A stretch of DNA of 64,000 nt from Marinicella sp. (GTDB lineage Bacteria > Pseudomonadota > Gammaproteobacteria > Xanthomonadales > Marinicellaceae). The notes beneath the pieces were generated by a model. The model was given only the letters and a program-made list of their open reading frames with translations, ran no database searches and was not told the DNA's origin. The stretch covers positions 2,976,001 to 3,040,000 of the forward strand of contig OZ246001.1 in NCBI GenBank assembly GCA_965230295.1, written 5' to 3'. Shown piece after piece: positions 61,860-64,000 of this stretch. The number at the start of each line of letters is the position of its first letter. Positions within the stretch are counted from its first letter, which is position 1. A program made the translations under genes and the position numbers.

Positions 61860-61889
61860 ATCAGTGCTACTATGGACGGCAGCACTGAT
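61860..61889 (+). terminator. Hairpin homologous to the 57385 terminator
   Basis: ATCAGTGCT-actatggacggc-AGCACTGAT. Confidence 0.6.
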
Positions 61890-62101
61890 CTTCTCATTAT
61901 TGAGCTAAATCTTCATATGATGATTTGTAGTAGTCCCGGCTTGATTAGACAGATCACCTGATTTAGTTCAAGATTTTGTCAGGGTCATATATTTGAGACG
62001 TTATCTGTCAAAATTCTTGCCAACACCAACCTTTTGATGAATTTAATTTAATAGCGTAATTTAAATTCAGGAAATGAACTGTTCTGCAAGATTGACCACA
62101 T

Positions 62102-62545
62102 TTAATAGATTGGATGAAGTCTTTCCTCTTCATTCTTTATGCGAACAATCAAAGCACTTTTTGCTAATTTGAGGTCATTGATGAATTCAATTTTAAGGAA
62201 ATTATTTTCATCGTATTCAGTGTCTAAATACTTACTCATTAATTTTCGAATGATTGTGTTTAACCTGAGTGTTTTTCTTTGTATGTCACAAACAGTATTT
62301 CTTTCTTTTGATCCCATTTTGAATTTATTTTTTAAGAAAGCATAAAGCTGTATATTTTCCTTGATAAAGTGTTTATATATCAAACTTCTTAAGTCCGAAA
62401 GGTGTGAAAGTGCTTTGGGCCAATTGTTAAATTGAGAAATTTCAACTTCTATGATGTCGAATAAATCGATCATTAAATCATGCTCATTATTTAGCTCTTT
62501 AAGTAAATTTGATTTATTATGGTTTTTTTTGTTCTTTTTTTTCAT
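62102..62545 (-). CDS. Hemerythrin-like (HHE) domain protein
   Basis: EHDLM...HFIKENIQLY...RIKNEEERLHPIY four-helix pattern; start uncertain (ATG 62545 chosen). Confidence 0.6.
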   Translation of the reverse strand: MKKKNKKNHNKSNLLKELNNEHDLMIDLFDIIEVEISQFNNWPKALSHLSDLRSLIYKHFIKENIQLYAFLKNKFKMGSKERNTVCDIQRKTLRLNTIIRKLMSKYLDTEYDENNFLKIEFINDLKLAKSALIVRIKNEEERLHPIY

Positions 62546-62710
62546 GTTCTTCAAAATTTTTAAATGTGGCAATATTTTGAAAAAATAATCAAATAGAGTA
62601 CTGACCGAACTCTGTTTTTTTGCTTATTTTGTTCTGATTTTATTGCTGGCTGAGTGAACCAATGTACATAGTGAACAATTTAAATATTCAGAAAAGATGA
62701 ATATTACATT

Positions 62711-62908
62711 TTAACTCACACAAATGGTTTTAATGACTTCTAATGTATCATCCATAGTATTGTCAAAGGGGTAGTCATCGTTTGAATTTAGGAAAAAGTC
62801 ATCATCGATTAAACTGTCATCAGGAAAAACATCTAAAGCATCGACCTCATCTGCTGGAGCCATTTGATCAAAGGAATAAACCATCTCATCGTTGGTATTA
62901 AGTTTCAT
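62711..62908 (-). CDS. Small, very acidic hypothetical protein
   Basis: 65 aa, Asp-rich, strong RBS GAGGTG close to the ATG. Confidence 0.6.
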   Translation of the reverse strand: MKLNTNDEMVYSFDQMAPADEVDALDVFPDDSLIDDDFFLNSNDDYPFDNTMDDTLEVIKTICVS

Positions 62909-62935
62909 ATATCACCTCATAAATATTTTGTTAGT

Positions 62936-63124
62936 TCAAAATTCAATTGTTTCAAAGCCTTTTATTTCACTGAGTAATAAAATAGATCTAAATGAAGATT
63001 CAGAATCCACAATCAATAAGTGATACATTACTTTTTTTAATTTGCAAATCGCTTGATCGCCATTTTTGAGAAACAACCTGATGGTTGCACCTTTATAAAA
63101 TTGGTTTAATAGTTGGGTTCTCAT
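62936..63124 (-). CDS. Small hypothetical protein, possible Sm/Hfq-like fold
   Basis: 62 aa, RBS GAGGT; helix followed by 'IRLFLKNG...KL...LLIV...ILLLSEIKGF', resembling the Sm1/Sm2 pattern. Confidence 0.55.
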   Translation of the reverse strand: MRTQLLNQFYKGATIRLFLKNGDQAICKLKKVMYHLLIVDSESSFRSILLLSEIKGFETIEF

Positions 63125-63319
63125 GTCATACCTCTACTTGGTTATTAAAACATGATCCCAGTTTATGTAGAAAGATGAAATTTGCCCTGATCAGAATCAA
63201 ATTAATTTCTGTTTTTTTTATTAAAAAACTAAAAAAAATATGAAAAAAACATGAAAAACCACTAAATTCCAACGCTATGAACATAATGTCTAAATTTAAC
63301 GTGCAATTCAATCAACAAA

Positions 63320-63565
63320 CTACAAATTGCTCATAGCTTTTCCTGAAGAATTGATACCACCTGAGTTTGTAATAGGTGTGCCAATAATCAGATCATCAAT
63401 AACATCACCATTGACATCACAGGCATGGCTAGCAAATCTACCAATATAGTCCTCTGCTTTGTACCGATCTAATTTTGACAGATATATGATTGTGCTAAAT
63501 TAAACAAAAACTAATTGGTAACCTAAGGTTAAAGTCGCAAAACGACCTGTTTTTTTAATATTCAT
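63320..63565 (-). pseudogene. Relic of an FG-GAP exported protein gene
   Basis: Reads MNIKKTGRFATLTLGYQLVFV*FSTIIYLSKL...ACDVNGDVIDDLIIGTP...SSGKAMSNL*; in-frame stop after the signal peptide and only one blade left. Confidence 0.8.
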
Positions 63566-63676
63566 TTGTATTTTTTGGCGAATCACCTATCGATATTAAT
63601 TGTAGATAAGAGAATTTATTGTTTCCTTACTTAAATATCAGTTGAGCTTTAATTATGCTCAACACTGCAAAATATA

Positions 63677-63713
63677 CATGATGAAATTATGATTTATTCC
63701 TGACATTACCTGT
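63677..63713 (-). promoter_or_regulatory. Degenerate phased boxes upstream of the FG-GAP pseudogene
   Basis: CATGA 63677, TATGA 63688, CCTGA 63699; region similar to 48680-48735. Confidence 0.4.
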
Positions 63714-63943
63714 ATTTCGTCAAAACCTTATGGGCCAATAACCGTTTGCTTTATAGTGTGCTTCATTATGTTTAAATTGGAGGGTGGCTACTGATACCTG
63801 TTTTCGGTGAACCACATACTAATTTAAGGAAAAATATAGTTATTAGACATAGAGCCTGATAACTTAGATTGTTTGGTTGTATATTTAAAAATCCAAAGAT
63901 TCAAGCATACGAATATGATCCCATTACGAAAGTCTTCGATTTT

Positions 63944-63992
63944 ATCAATATCAGATAATAATCAGGGCAAAATAAGGTTTTATATTGGTAGG
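63944..63992 (+). promoter_or_regulatory. Third copy of the NRGG-gene promoter box array
   Basis: ATCAATATCAGATAATAATCAGG is identical to 44611-44633; TCAGA 63951, TCAGG 63962, TAAGG 63973. Confidence 0.65.
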
Positions 63993-64000
63993 GATCATAA

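Overview
Bacterial chromosome segment, most likely from a marine gammaproteobacterium (Xanthomonadales/Marinicella-like; inferred from gene content, not a database match). The left ~27.7 kb is mostly core metabolism: TauE, HDAC, persulfide dioxygenase and Nudix genes; a reductive pyrimidine degradation cluster interrupted by an AT-rich gene and two palindromic repeats; rsgA, orn, pilH, a 2OG-Fe(II) oxygenase, ccmABCDEFGHI and cobB. From ~28 kb an AT-richer accessory region carries (i) an ECF sigma / membrane anti-sigma / exported TPR-CHAT protease / subtilase module, and (ii) a ~26 kb cluster of exported proteins. Eight proteins in that cluster, from four unrelated fold types (integrin-like FG-GAP propellers, Ig/DUF11, carboxypeptidase-regulatory/FN3 repeats and two NRGG-leader paralogues), end in a shared (D)xIFxxGF(E/D) tail. 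Their promoters carry TCAGG-like direct repeats phased at 11 bp. The same cluster encodes a CadC/ToxR-type membrane regulator, a TPR-sulfotransferase, a TIGR03032 protein, a GT4 enzyme, a candidate sRNA and a small Sm-like protein. This co-regulated, tail-tagged exported-protein system is the best candidate for an undescribed system. All family assignments come from motif recognition by eye; no searches were run.
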